Source of the DNA: Antechinus flavipes
Lineage: Eukaryota
DNA length: 64,000 bases
Assembly (NCBI RefSeq): GCF_016432865.1
Contig: NC_067399.1
Location: 4,898,001-4,962,000, forward strand
Direction: 5' to 3'
The position numbers were made by a program, and so were the translations under genes. The first letter of the stretch is position 1; each line of letters opens with the position of its first letter. This document shows positions 1 through 12,199 of the stretch, piece after piece. Below the pieces are notes generated by a model that saw nothing but the letters and a program-made list of their open reading frames with translations, was not told where the DNA came from and searched no databases.

Positions 1-100
1 CTTCCTTTATAATCTTGTCTGCATTGGTTTTGTTTATACAAAACCTTTTTAATTTAATATAATCAAATTATCCATTTTGCATTTCACAGTGTACTCGATT
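1..100 (-). mobile_element. L1 (LINE-1) ORF2 3' region fragment
   Basis: tctgcattggttttgtttatacaaaacctttttaatttaatataatcaaa matches antisense marsupial L1; the same motif recurs near 33980. Confidence 0.7.
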
Positions 101-339
101 GTGAGTAACAACATGATCCAGGCAGAGGGAGGGCCGCTGCCTGGAACGGTCCAGAGGCTGCACCTTGTTTGGGAAAAGAAGTCTTAGGACACAGACTGGT
201 AGGCAGAAGGGGCAGTGACTCTGCAGTCAGAGGTCTTGTCTGCTTACAGATGGGCCCAATGACTTCCCAGGTTCCTGCCAGGGAGAGAGTCTGTGACTAT
301 GAATTCAGGTCAGCCCTTCTCTGGACAAGGGCTTCTCTG

Positions 340-450
340 GGCTTCAGGATATCATAGATTTGGAGCTGGAAGGGACCTCACAGACCCTGTAGTGCAACAC
401 TTTGTTTTACAGAGGGGGAAACTGAGGCTTGCAGAGGTAAACTCAAGAAG
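340..450 (-). mobile_element. MIR/MIR3 CORE-SINE fragment
   Basis: atcatagatttggagctggaagggacc...ttttacagagggggaaactgagg is the antisense CORE motif. Confidence 0.6.
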
Positions 451-1600
451 GCAAAAGGCGTTTCTCCAACGCCTCCTCTGGCAGACTCTGCGAAGCTGCT
501 GCCAGCCTTGGGCTTTGTCTTTTCGCACTGAATAGATCCCGGTCTCCAATCCGGCCTCTCCCTCCCAGAACCTCGTCCACACTCTATGGAAATAGCCTGC
601 CAGGTTTCCCTCAAATGCCTTCATGTCCCCCAATGCAGCGGTTGTCTACTGGAGAGTCCCCATCTGGGAAGTCAAGGATGCGAGCCAGGTCCCATTTCAC
701 AGTCTAACCCAGATTCAAAACCAAGGCTGTCTGGCCTCCTGCCTTATTTCCCACCTTCGGAGCTGGAAAAACTTCACTCTGGCTCTGGATGGACGGAGGT
801 TAGCCGTGAGTTAGCGTTAGGTTAGCGGGGAAAGAGAGGGAGTGAGAGCAGCATCCCACGGACGGGAGGGATCTGTTTGTAACACGGGAAGACGGCGCTC
901 ACTGCGCATCTCTCCTTGCCTGCCTCCCAGAGCATCTGCGGGAACCGTCCAAAATGGAGAGGGACAGCCCGACAAGGAGAAGCGACGGGAAACCTCGGCG
1001 CTCCTGCAACGAACAATGGGTAAGGAAGACAAAGCCTGCCGCTAATCAGAACCACAGTCCCATGTCTAATGCCGTTAGACAAGGAGAGGAGAGATGAGCT
1101 CGAGAAATCTGAGTCACCCAGAAGATGTCATGGTGAGTTTCAACGGGCTGGATTCCTTATTAACTCGAAAGAACACAACCCAACGTGGGTTTAATTACAA
1201 GGGCCAACCCACCCACATTCCACTCTTGGGTTTCACACACATGGGCCGCTGAGCCATGATGAAAGGTGGGTGGGGAGAGAGAGGAAAAGGAGCACGCCCC
1301 GGGGGGCGGCGGCGGAGCGCTCCTCCGGGGTGTCATTTGTCTCATTCTCCTTTCTGGGGAGGAAGAGGGGAGCCAAGCGCTGGTCAGCACGAATTAAGCC
1401 TGGCCGTGTCTCTTCGCCCTTCCCCACGTGTCACCAAACAGCTAGCTTGAGTTTTCCTTGCTAGGCTGCGGACAGGGCTGTCTTCGTCTCGTCTGTGGGT
1501 TCCCGCGGCACAAAGCGGGCGCGCTTAGCAGATACTTGCTGATTCCCTGATTGATTTGGGAGCAGGGGGCTGATGCTCCGGGCCATGAGGACATTTTATT

Positions 1601-1734
1601 CCTTAGGCAAGGGGGTTAAGTGACTTGCCCAGGGTCACGCAGCGGGAACATGTTAAGTGTCTGAGATCAGATTTGAACTCGTGTCCTCCCGATTTCAGGG
1701 CCGGCGCTCTATCCCCTGCACCCCCTAGCTGCCC
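1601..1734 (-). mobile_element. WSINE1-type marsupial SINE
   Basis: ggttaagtgacttgcccagggtcac...tctgagatcagatttgaactc...ctagctgccc; about 135 bp. Confidence 0.85.
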
Positions 1735-1799
1735 TTGAGAGCCGCCCTCTCAATCAGCTCAGCTCATTGGAGCTCCAAACTCCCAAATCAAGAGCTCTG

Positions 1800-1975
1800 C
1801 CGGTTTCGGTCTCCCCAGGACCTGGGATGATAGGGGAGAGACTCTGAAACCACTGCTTGACTCAAGTCAGCTTAGAAAGACTCTCCAGTGGTATGATCCA
1901 GTCATCTTCTGGGAGCTTTGCAATTTGACATTTTGGCGATGATTTGGACAAAGACATTGCTGAAACAACTAATCA
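1800..1975 (+). mobile_element. L3/CR1 reverse-transcriptase remnant
   Basis: tttgacattttggcgatgatttggacaaagacatt resembles the CR1 FNIFINDLDKG motif. Confidence 0.4.
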
Positions 1976-2129
1976 ATTAATATGTTATTAATTATAATTA
2001 TATTAATAAATACTCATTAATATGGTGTAATTATAATAAATATAATTAATAAATAATAATAATAATTAATATAATTCAGCCAAGACTGCACTCGTTTTAG
2101 CGATGTATGGCATAGTTAGGAAATAGCAA

Positions 2130-2705
2130 AGTCTCTTTTCACTCCAATCCATCCTCCAAGCAGTGAGTTCCTAAATATCGGGTCTGAGCATGTCACCGCC
2201 CTACTCAATAAACCAGACTGATTGCCCATTAACTTTAGGATTTAAGAAGAAAAGAGAAACATTCTGGCACCTCAAGGTTTTCACAAGCTGGCCTTTCCCT
2301 CCCCGGGATACCTTCTTCTACCTCACTCCCCACCACGTTTTCTGAGTCAGCAACCCTGGCTTCCTGGCTTTTCCGCACTATGACATTTCTGTTCCGCCTC
2401 GATGCTTCAGCCTGAACCCGTAGCTGTACGGTTCCTCCTCGTGGATCCGTGACTGGATTCAAATTTTGTCCCATCTTTTGCCTTTGCTAGTCCCCCATTG
2501 CTAGTGTCTCATCCTATAATATTACCTTGGGCCTGTTCTACTTTTGTCTCAAACCCCCATATTCTTTTAAATCTTCTCTCTCCCAACAGGTAGCATGGGA
2601 GCTTCGGGAGGACGTGGACTTTTTACCTTTCTTTGTTCCCTCAATACTGAATACAGCGCCTGGCATATAGAAAGCATTTAATAAATGCTTGGGATTGATT
2701 TTTTG
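2130..2705 (+). mobile_element. L2 3' end
   Basis: ends in cctggcatatagaaagcatttaataaatgcttgggattgatt, the typical L2 tail. Confidence 0.65.
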
Positions 2706-2849
2706 ATCGATTGACTTTGAAATGGCCAAATTAGGAAGATGTGGGTAGCAAACTGAATGAGAGTCAGACTCCCAAAATACAACAGACAGTAAGATTTAGC
2801 TAAAGCCAAGAATATAACAAATAATGCAGCTAAATATTAAAGGTTAACA

Positions 2850-3003
2850 TTTTTTTATTTTTTATTTATTTATTTTTTATAATAACTTTTTGTTGACAGA
2901 ACCCATGCCAGGGTAATTTCTTACAGCATTATCTCTTGCACTCACTTCTGTTCCAATTTTCCCCTCCCTCCCTCCATCCCTAGATGGCAAGCAGTCCTAT
3001 ATA
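2850..3003 (-). mobile_element. Young L1 3' end, 5'-truncated
   Basis: poly-T then aataactttttgttgacagaacccatgccagggtaat; reverse complement of the L1 end at 55600-55749; flanking ttaacattt direct repeat (TSD). Confidence 0.8.
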
Positions 3004-3033
3004 TTAACATTTATGTTAACAGAAAGGAGGGAA

Positions 3034-3265
3034 TGTAGAGGGCCAGAACTCTGAAAGGTATACTTAAGACTCAGTATGATTGAATCGTACTGGAGTATTT
3101 AAAGGGACTCTCACCCACAGCTCTCAGCCACAGACCCAAGAGGAGACGGCAGATTTCGGGCTCTCTGACCAGCCACGTGGCTCTCCTGCCTCCTGCACTC
3201 CTCCACTAAGACCAAGAACTCGGGCTGATCCGGAGGTCCTCCAGAGAGCTGGTCCGGACACTACA
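3034..3265 (+). mobile_element. Solo LTR, 232 bp (ERV)
   Basis: TGTAG...CTACA inverted termini, perfect 6-bp TSD agggaa at 3028-3033 and 3266-3271, TATA-like tatttaaa at 3096. Confidence 0.75.
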
Positions 3266-3432
3266 AGGGAAGATGGGCTAGGAAAGAGTTCACGTGGAAA
3301 AGTAGAGTGGAACATGTGTGAAGTGGGAACTAAAAGGTGAACAGGATCTTGGACTTGGGAAGGAGATGAGTATCGCAGCATCATGAGCCATGAGTGCTCT
3401 GAGGAGGTTGGGGTTGGCAATAACTTCCGAAC

Positions 3433-3613
3433 AAATATTAGAATAGCTAATCCTGAAACTAATGGAGTAATTCCTCCTCCTATCTGAAGCCCTGCACCTA
3501 CAGAAGTGTCCTTGCCCATCTGAACCAGCTTTGCTGAATAAGTCCTGCCCCTGATAAACTCCCTTTCCTGCTGTCCCCACTCCCCTGAAGCTCTTCTACA
3601 TCTTCCCTCCAGA
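3433..3613 (+). repeat. 181-bp dispersed direct duplication, copy 1
   Basis: about 5 substitutions relative to 5245-5426. Confidence 0.95.
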
Positions 3614-4619
3614 TCCTCTTGTCCCTTTTTTCAGTGGATGGAAGCCATAGGGTAAGAGCTCATGCCCCCCCCCCCCAGACACATTGGAGTGCACGGCTCT
3701 CAGCACCCACCCCTACGAGCCTGGATGTCCCCCCACTGGGTGTATGGCAGAGGGCATCCCTCTGGGCCATGTCTGACTCGGAATGGCCGCCTTGATGAGG
3801 GGAGCCCCCTTTCCGCTGGGCTTCAGGGCTCTATCCCTGGATGGAGATTATGTGTTCCGTAACCTCCTCCCAAGACCGAAATGGATTGTGCTCCCAGCTG
3901 GGGCTGAAGGATCGCTGTCATCCTGCCTCAGCAGAGACCTTTGGCAGCAATGACTGCCAGCTCTAATGACTTATACTGAGTCACAGTGAAGACCATAAAG
4001 TTTTATTTCATCCTGTGCTTGGGCCACAAACAGTCTTCATTAGGGAGGGCTTGGGAATAAAAGAATGGTCCATTATAAACTCTTGGAACCCAGGATGACA
4101 TTTAAGTGCTCAAGTCATGTGAATTCGGGGCATCCTCCCCCGATGGTGTCACCAGGGTGGTTTTGATTACAGACTCCACAGTCCTTCCATCAGCTGGTTC
4201 AGCAGGAGTGGGGATTCTATTGGGGAGGAGAGAGGCAGACTGGAGAAGGGAGCTCGGAGAGGTGGGCCAAAGGAAGGGGGAGAGAGATAAGGTCAAAAAG
4301 AGAAGGAAACAAAGGAGGGAGGGCCCAAAGGGGAGACGCGATGATGGAACCGTGATCCATAGCACAGCGAGGTACCTGTTCCAATGAGCCAGTTAAATGG
4401 CCTTTTTTATTGTCAAGGACCCATGAGCTGAAGATGATTGGGTAGCTTATATAGCACCTTATGGCAAAGGAAGGTTACTGTATAGAAGACAGACTGGATG
4501 TGGTCAGGAGACTCACTTTCGATATATACTCTCAGGATGTCATTGACAATTCCTCCTTTACAGGCCCTGGGAGAAGAAGGAGATTCAGAAACCCAAAGTT
4601 ATATAAAATGTGAGCTTCT

Positions 4620-4925
4620 TTTTATAGTCTTTTTATTGTTTTTTTTCTGGTTATACCTACATATTAACATTTAAAAATACTTATTTCTTTATGAATCATT
4701 TTAGGAAAGAAAAATCATAACAAAAGGGAAAACCACGAGAGAGAAAAAACAACAGAAAAACAAATGAACATAGCATATGTTGATTCACATTCAGTTGTTT
4801 AGATCTGACTTTATTGGTGCTTTTGTGTTTTTGTGTTCTGAGAGCCCTGACCACCTCTGCTCTGCATCGTGATCCCTCTAAGCTCTGCCTTTCTATTTGT
4901 GGTTCTGAGCTTACAATCACACAAC
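4620..4925 (-). mobile_element. Older L1 3' UTR fragment
   Basis: T-rich start, catagcatatgttgattcacattcag, tctgagcttacaatc antisense L1 3' UTR motifs. Confidence 0.55.
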
Positions 4926-5244
4926 TTCAGCCGGGCACTGACTCAATGGTAAGGCCATTCCCGTGACCCCCAATGGGAAAGGATACTTGCCTTGACTCTT
5001 AGGCTGTGGCAGACTCCCCTCCTCTTGTTTGGAACTCCACTCCCACCCCTGCACCCCTTTTGCTCCTGCATGATCTTCCTTCCACAGAAAGCCCAGCTCC
5101 GGTCCACAGCACCCCTTTGTCAGAGGTCACTTTTTATTTTTCCTTTCAAGCAATGATGTGAGATAAATGCATGAGTTCTCATTTAAGGGCATTCAAACAG
5201 TCAATACTGCCGATTGTTCCCTGGGAAAGAAATAAGGATCATTT

Positions 5245-5426
5245 AAATATTAGAATAGCTAATCCTGAAACTAATGGAGTAATTCCTCCCCCCTGTCTGA
5301 AGCCCTGCACCTACAGAAGTGTCCTTGCCTATCTGAACCAGCTTTGCTGAATAGGTCCTGCCCCTGATAAACTCCCTTTCCTGCTGTCCCCACTCCCCTG
5401 AAGTTCTTCTACATCTTCCCTCCAGA
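5245..5426 (+). repeat. 181-bp dispersed direct duplication, copy 2
   Basis: near-identical to 3433-3613. Confidence 0.95.
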
Positions 5427-6194
5427 ACTTCACGTTCTGCTGTCACGGCAGGCTACAAATACAAGTGAAAACATAGACAGCCCTCAAGGAGTTTCCCCCT
5501 TACCGGAGGAAGATGAAGCACAAGATGAGCTGTCGAGTTGAGGGGAGGAGAAGGTCCCCACAGACTCAGAAGCAGGAGAGGAATGGCTTATGTGCTTGGA
5601 CTCCAGGTATGTCATTGAGTTTTTTCCTCTCCTAAAATCTCTCTCAATCTCAGTCTTTTTCCTTTGATATTCTCCTGTTTTTTGTTTTTGTTTTTTTTTT
5701 AATTTCCTGAATCTTTTTTCTTGACCTCATAGCTGTGTCTGCCTCCTCCCATCATGGAGAATTCACTCCACAGTCATCAGTCTCTGTGACCTACCTGGAT
5801 GCCGATCCCCTTTCCTTCAGGCTTGGAACCCCAAACCGTGAAGACACACATTATCACCCTCCTCCAGTTTCCTCTGTTCCTTGTGTCTCTGTCTCAGCAC
5901 AAACACATGGCGGACATACGTCTGCCTCCTGGGGCACAAGGGGCCCAGCTGAATTATGATTTAAAAAAAAAATCATTTATTTATTTATTTGTTTTGCCGA
6001 GCTGAATTCTGTTGCTTATTGTCCCAGAATGGCAGGCTGAGCACAGGGCCTGGGGGTGCATATGTTGGTAGTGACAGCATGGAGTTGCACAGTAGATCGC
6101 AGAGGATGAGAAATAGATTGTTCAGCCCTACCATGGCATGAAAGCTGATGGGAGAGGAGTCCTGAGTGATTGCATCAGCAATTAAGCGCTGAGA

Positions 6195-6400
6195 TTATTG
6201 TTTAAACATGTACACATATATTGGATTTAACATATATTTTACCATGCTTAATATATATATAGGATTACTTGTCATCTAGGAGGGGGGGAAGGAGGGGAAC
6301 ATTTGGCACACAAGGTTTTGAAAGAATCAATGTTGAAAAATTATCCATGCAAATGTTTGGAAAATAAAAAGCTTTAATAAAAAATACTGTTTTTTAAAAA
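6195..6400 (+). mobile_element. L1 3' end
   Basis: ggattacttgtcatctaggaggggg...aaaataaaaagctttaataaaaa. Confidence 0.8.
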
Positions 6401-9384
6401 AGAAATTAAATGCTAGCCTTCTCCTTGGTCAATTCATCAAGTCATCTCACTGGTGCTCTGTCTAGAGACAGATTCATTTCCTTTTCCTCTTGTATATAAT
6501 GCTGGCAAAAAAAGGGGATTTTTGAGTTGTGGAACCCTCAGAGAAACCATCTACTCTGCCATCTTGTTGATTATGTGACCTGGACATCTTACTTGGTTTT
6601 TGTGTCAGTGTGGCAACTTTTAAGTTCCAGGATCTAAGTGGGACGTCTTGACAAAGGGGAAAGAATCCCCAAATCTGGAATTAGATTCTTTTAAACCCCC
6701 ATTTCAGTTCACTACCACCAACAACTGTAGCTCTGTCATTTAGAAGCTCCGTGAATTTGAAGATATCACTTTCCACCTCTGGGTTACAATGGAAGGGGAA
6801 TGTGGGATTCCATGATCTCTGATTTCCCTTCTAACTTTAATATTCTTTGAGCCATATTATAAATAGGAAAATCTGGATTCCCAGTGCCCGAGGGGACCTT
6901 ACTGAGCTTCTCCCCTGACCTGCTAAGTGTGTGACCCTTCTCATTTGTACTTTTCCTGAATCCTTCTAATAAAGCTGGCTCCCTCCCTCACGAGGCAGCT
7001 GAATCCTGTTAGATGCGTCTCAAAGTTCTAGAAAGTCCATTTCATGTTGACTGAACTCTGCCTCCTTCTAATTTCCTAAATATAGGGTCCTACTTCTGTC
7101 TTCTGGGGAAGAGAAAAACGAGAAGAGTCTTTCTCCCTGTGCCAATTTGGATGTCATTTGGAAACAGTTTCCTAGATAAGTCACAAGGACCAGGTGCACT
7201 TGATGTCAAGTGGAAGGATCCTTGTTTGAGGTGCTCTAGGGCTACAGCTGAGATCTCAAAAAAAGAAGCCATCAAAGCTGGATCCTGAGCGGATCAGCTG
7301 CCGGTAGCCGTGGCTAGACTTCCTCTGTCTCTGGAGCAAACCCGACCCCAAGCATTGGTTTTTTGGTTGCCTATGGTGTGCCCTTGGGCAGGAAGTGTGA
7401 GGGAACTTCACAAGGTAGACCAGGGGGACTTGAAACCACAGTCCCTCTGGAGCCCGGGCTGACGTACGATGGCGAATCCAGGAAAGCTTTCCAGAGCTCT
7501 CGGTTCAGGAAGACAGAGGGTAAGAGCCAAGAACCAGGTGGTTTGACCAGGGCAGACAACAGCAAGACTCCTACCTCCCTTCTTTCATTCTCTCTATTGT
7601 GAGTTGCAAAAGCTTCACTTAGTCTTTGATGGTTTTATCAAAACAGAATTCAATTGGATGAGAAATCGTTGGGCAATCTGTGCCTTCCCCCCGGGGCCAC
7701 GGGTCCTAAATGGGAGCCAACCCCCTGGACGTGCACGGCCCCCGTCCTTTGTCCCACAAGCTTGCTCACATGAATCACACTGCAATAATTAAAAATGCAT
7801 TTGCTTTTTTTGCTCGTTACGGAACGTCTCGGAAGAGCCGCGCAAGGAGACGAGATCCGGGAGGGACCTCGGGCGACCTTTGGGGTTCGTTCCCTGCTTC
7901 CCTCTCCAGCTCAGGACTTGGAGACAGCTCTGGGGCAGAGATGGCCGCCATCTCCCCGGGAAACTCTCCCGGTTGGCGTCCTTCTGGACCCGCTCGGTTC
8001 CTTCTTTTGTCTGAACCGGATCTTTGCTGTTGTAATGGAGTCTGTTCCTCTGGTCCCGTCCTCCGTGGAGACCGAGAACATCTGGTGACCAGCCCCCTCA
8101 CATGTGGGAAAGACCCAGTAGGGATTGACCTCATTTTCCAAGAATGGAAAACAAAGAGAAGGCTCAGATCGCTGCAGATGATGGTTGGAGGTTGTGGGCC
8201 CTGGGGGGAAGGAATGTTATCCCTTGTGAGCCACCGGGATGGATGCTGGCATGGGGAAGGCACTGAGCCAAAAGAAAGCTGGCCCAGGAGGCCGGAGACT
8301 CGGGGTCCACTCTCCGCCTGGCCGCTGCCTTCCGATGCAGCTTTGGAGGAGGGGAAATGTGCCCTTCGTGCCTCAGTCTCCAAATCTGTGAAATAGGGGG
8401 AATGGCGTCGTCGGCCCGATCTATATTACAAAAGCCAAAGGAGGTCATTGACAAAGTTGGGATGAATCCAAGTGAGGGGGATGAGAGGGAGAGCCCTGGC
8501 GGCCTGCCTGATGCCCTGGAAGGTTGGGAATCGTCCTCTGCCTGAGGCTTAAATTAGGTTGCTTTCGATCATGATGCTGAAATCCGGATTAATCAATGCT
8601 GGAGATTAGAAGACAAAGGTGAGGCAGCCCAAACAGCGGGCTTAAGAGTGCCGAAGGTCCTGGGTTTGAGTTCTGACGCCAACATTTTCTAGAAACTCAG
8701 TCTTAGTCAAACCATGCTTCCTCATGGGATTCTAGGACCCGGGGCTGCATCTTCAGACACTGTCTAGTTAACCCTATCTTTGAAAAGCTTTTATTTTTCC
8801 CTTCTAATTTTTTAATTAGCAAGTATTTATTTTCCAATCTTAAATTAAAAGAAAAATAAAAACAAAAACAAAAAGTTGGTTACAAATATGAGTCAAGTGA
8901 AACAAATTCCCACCTTTTCTCTCTCCCCAAAGTAAGACTTGCTCATTCTAGATCTTACAGACCATTCCTTCTGTGTCAGGACACCAGTCTTCTGGAACCT
9001 AAGGGGCAGAGAGGACAAGCAACTTATCTGAGGTCACACGGCACTCAGATAGCAGGACTGGAAGCCAAATCTCCTGGTTCCAAACGGACTGTTTTTCTTT
9101 TTCTTTTCTTTTTTGTATTTATTTTAAAGCTAAATATAAAATGAAAAAAAAAAAAGATTTTTTTTCTAGGTACACAGCAGAATATTACAGAAGATTCAAA
9201 TTTATTTCCATTTAAAAAAAACCTATAAAATAAATCCAACATATGGTTTTCAAAGGTACTCAACTTTTTTACATTTCCTTGGAGTTTTTGGTGTGTTTTC
9301 TGCTGTGCAACTTTTATCTTGTTTTTTTCTTCCTCTCTGTTCCACCCCCCTGCTCTCAAGAAGGCTACAAGTCAAAGAGGAGAT

Positions 9385-10335
9385 ATGCGTGTATGTGTAC
9401 GTGGTATATATGTGTACATAAATACAATAGATATCCATAAAAATACACATGTATGCACTTATACTTTCATACACACATGTGTATAAATGCATCGCTATAA
9501 AATACACATGTGCGTTTATATTGATATACATATATGTATACAAACATCTCTATAAAAATACACATATATGCATTTATACTCTCATACATACGTGTGTATA
9601 TAAATATCTCTATAAAAATATACGTATTTGCACTTAAACTCTCATACACATGTATGTATATAAACATCTCTATCTCATACACACATATGCATACAAACAT
9701 CTCTATAAAAATACACATATATCCACTTATACTCTCATACACATGTATATGTAAACATCTGTATAAAAGTACACATATATGCACTTTTACTCTGATGCAC
9801 ATATAGATATACAAACATCTCTATAAAAATAAACATATATGCACTTATACTCTCATATACACACGCATATATACAAATATCTCTATAAAATATATATATG
9901 CACTTATACTCTGATATACACATATGTATACAAACATTTCCATAAAAATACACATATTTGCACTTATACTCTCATACACACATATATACACACATATATG
10001 CAAATATCTCTATAAAATACACATATATCCACTTATACTATCATACACATGTGTGTGTAAACATCTGTATAAAAGTATACATATATGCACTTTTACTCTG
10101 ATGCACATATAGATATACAAACATCTCTATAAAAATAAACATATATGTACTTATACTCTCATATACACATACATATATATACAAATATCTCTATAAACTA
10201 TATATATATATGCACTTATACTCTGATATACACATATGTCTACAAATATTTCCATAAAAATACATATAGCTGCACTTATACTCTCATATACATACATATA
10301 TACATACATATATGCAAATATATATAAAATACACA
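9385..10335. repeat. AT-rich minisatellite, about 54-58 bp unit, about 16-17 copies
   Basis: recurring tatacaaacatctctataaaaatacacatatatgcacttatactctcatacaca. Confidence 0.95.
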
Positions 10336-10339
10336 TGAT

Positions 10340-10660
10340 CAAAATTATCCATTTTACCCTTGAGCAGTGCTCTTGCCTTTAATATCCTTTAAGGTCTGAT
10401 ACTCCTTCATTCGCATCTTTTCCCTTTTGTTTTTTTGAAATTCTTGATGTTTTGTTCTTCCAAATGAACTTTGTGATAATTTTTTCTAACTCAGGAGAAA
10501 CACTTTTTGGCAATTTAATTGAGATGGTGTTGAATAAGTAGGTGAGTCAGGTAAAACTGAAATTTTATTATGATGCTTTCCCTACCCATGAACAGTAAAT
10601 ATTACTCAATTACTTAAATCTGACTTGATTTGTATAAACTGGATGTTCTTGCTTCATCAC
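10340..10660 (-). mobile_element. L1 ORF2 fragment
   Basis: ttgttcttccaaatgaactttgtgataattttttcta, cctacccatgaaca: antisense L1 RT region. Confidence 0.7.
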
Positions 10661-11029
10661 CAAAGACTCGATCTCTTTCTCTGTTCAGTGGAAATGATCA
10701 TTCTTCACATACCGGGCACCACGATGGGGAAGGGGAGGGGGAGAGACTTATAGTGCCTAAAATGCTAGAGAAATGGGAGTGATTTGTTATTGTTTTGAGC
10801 AGATATATTACTTCGATCAGTGGGATTCCTGCTATCCGTGCAGACATCGAGCCTCCAACTTCTAAGGGGGCTCTGAGAGGTTAGACAACTACTCCAGGTG
10901 CCCCAGAAAGCTGGAGACAGAATTGAAGCTAGATCTCCTCGACTTGGTGGCTGGCTGTCTACCCCCTGCGCCACACTGCTTCTTGGGTGAAGATGGGGAT
11001 CAGCATCATTCCTAATTTTATTTACATTC

Positions 11030-12160
11030 ATTTTTAAAATTTATTTTATTATAGCTTTTTATTTACAAAACATATGCATGGGTAATTTTTCAAATGACCC
11101 TTGCAAAACCTTCTGTTCCAAATTTTTCCCTCCTTTCCTCCACCTCCCCAGCTACCAGGTAGTTCAATGCATGTTAAATCTGTTAAAAATATATATTAGA
11201 TCCAATATATCTATACATATTTATATAGTTATCTTGCAGCACAAGAAAAATCAGTTCTAGAAAGGAAAATAAAAAAGCTGAGAAGGAAAACCAAAAATGC
11301 AAGCAAACAACAACAGAGAGGGTGAGAATTTGATGTGCTCCACACTCATTTCCCATAATCCTCTCCCTAGGTGTAGATGGGTCTCTTCATCACTGAACAA
11401 CTGGAACTGGTTTGGATCATCTCATTGTTGGAAAGAGCCACGTCCCTCAGAATCGATCCTCATATAATCTTGTTGTTACTATGTACAATGATCTCCTGCT
11501 CATTTCACTCAGCATCGTGTAAGTCTCTCCAGGCCTCTCTGAAATCCTCCTGCTGGCCGTTTCTTACAGAACAATAATATTCCACAACATTCATAGACCA
11601 CAATTTACCCAGCCATTCTCCACTGATGGGCATCGACTCAGTTTCCAATTTCTGGCCACTACAAACAGGGCTGCCACAAACATTTCTGCAGATGTGGGTC
11701 TCTTTCCCTCCTTTAAGGTCCCTTTGGGATATAATTCCAGCAGTCACACCATTGGGTCTTTCATAGCCCTTTGGGCAGAGTTCCAAACTGCTCTCCAGAA
11801 TGGTTGGATCCGTTCACAGTTCTACCAACGATGTATCAGAGTCCCAGTTTTCCCACATCCCCCTAAACATTCATTATCTTTTCCTGTCATTTGGGCCAAT
11901 CTGAGAGATATGAAGTGGATCTCAGAGTTGTCTTGATTTGCATTTCTCTGTTCAGTAGTGATTTAGAGAACCTTTTGTCACAGGACTAGAAATGGTTTTA
12001 ATTTCTTCGTCTGAAAATTTGTCTGTTCATATCCTTTGACCATTTATCCGTTGGGAAATGGCTTGAATTCTTATAAATTGGGTCCGTTCTCTATGTATTT
12101 TAGAAATGAGACCTTTATCAGAACTCCTAAATGTAAAAATGTTTTCCCAATTTATTGCTT
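11030..12160 (-). mobile_element. L1 3' UTR plus ORF2 C-terminus, about 1.1 kb, truncated
   Basis: tttacaaaacatatgcatgggtaattttt through ccaaactgctctccagaatggttggatc and tctgaaaattgtctgttcatatcctttgacc. Confidence 0.9.
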
Positions 12161-12199
12161 CTTCTCTAATCTTAGCATCATTACTGTTAACAATTATTT

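Noticed and set aside
7710-8396. 228-aa ORF and antisense 188-aa ORF
   Set aside because: No recognisable motif; overlapping ORFs on both strands in GC-rich sequence
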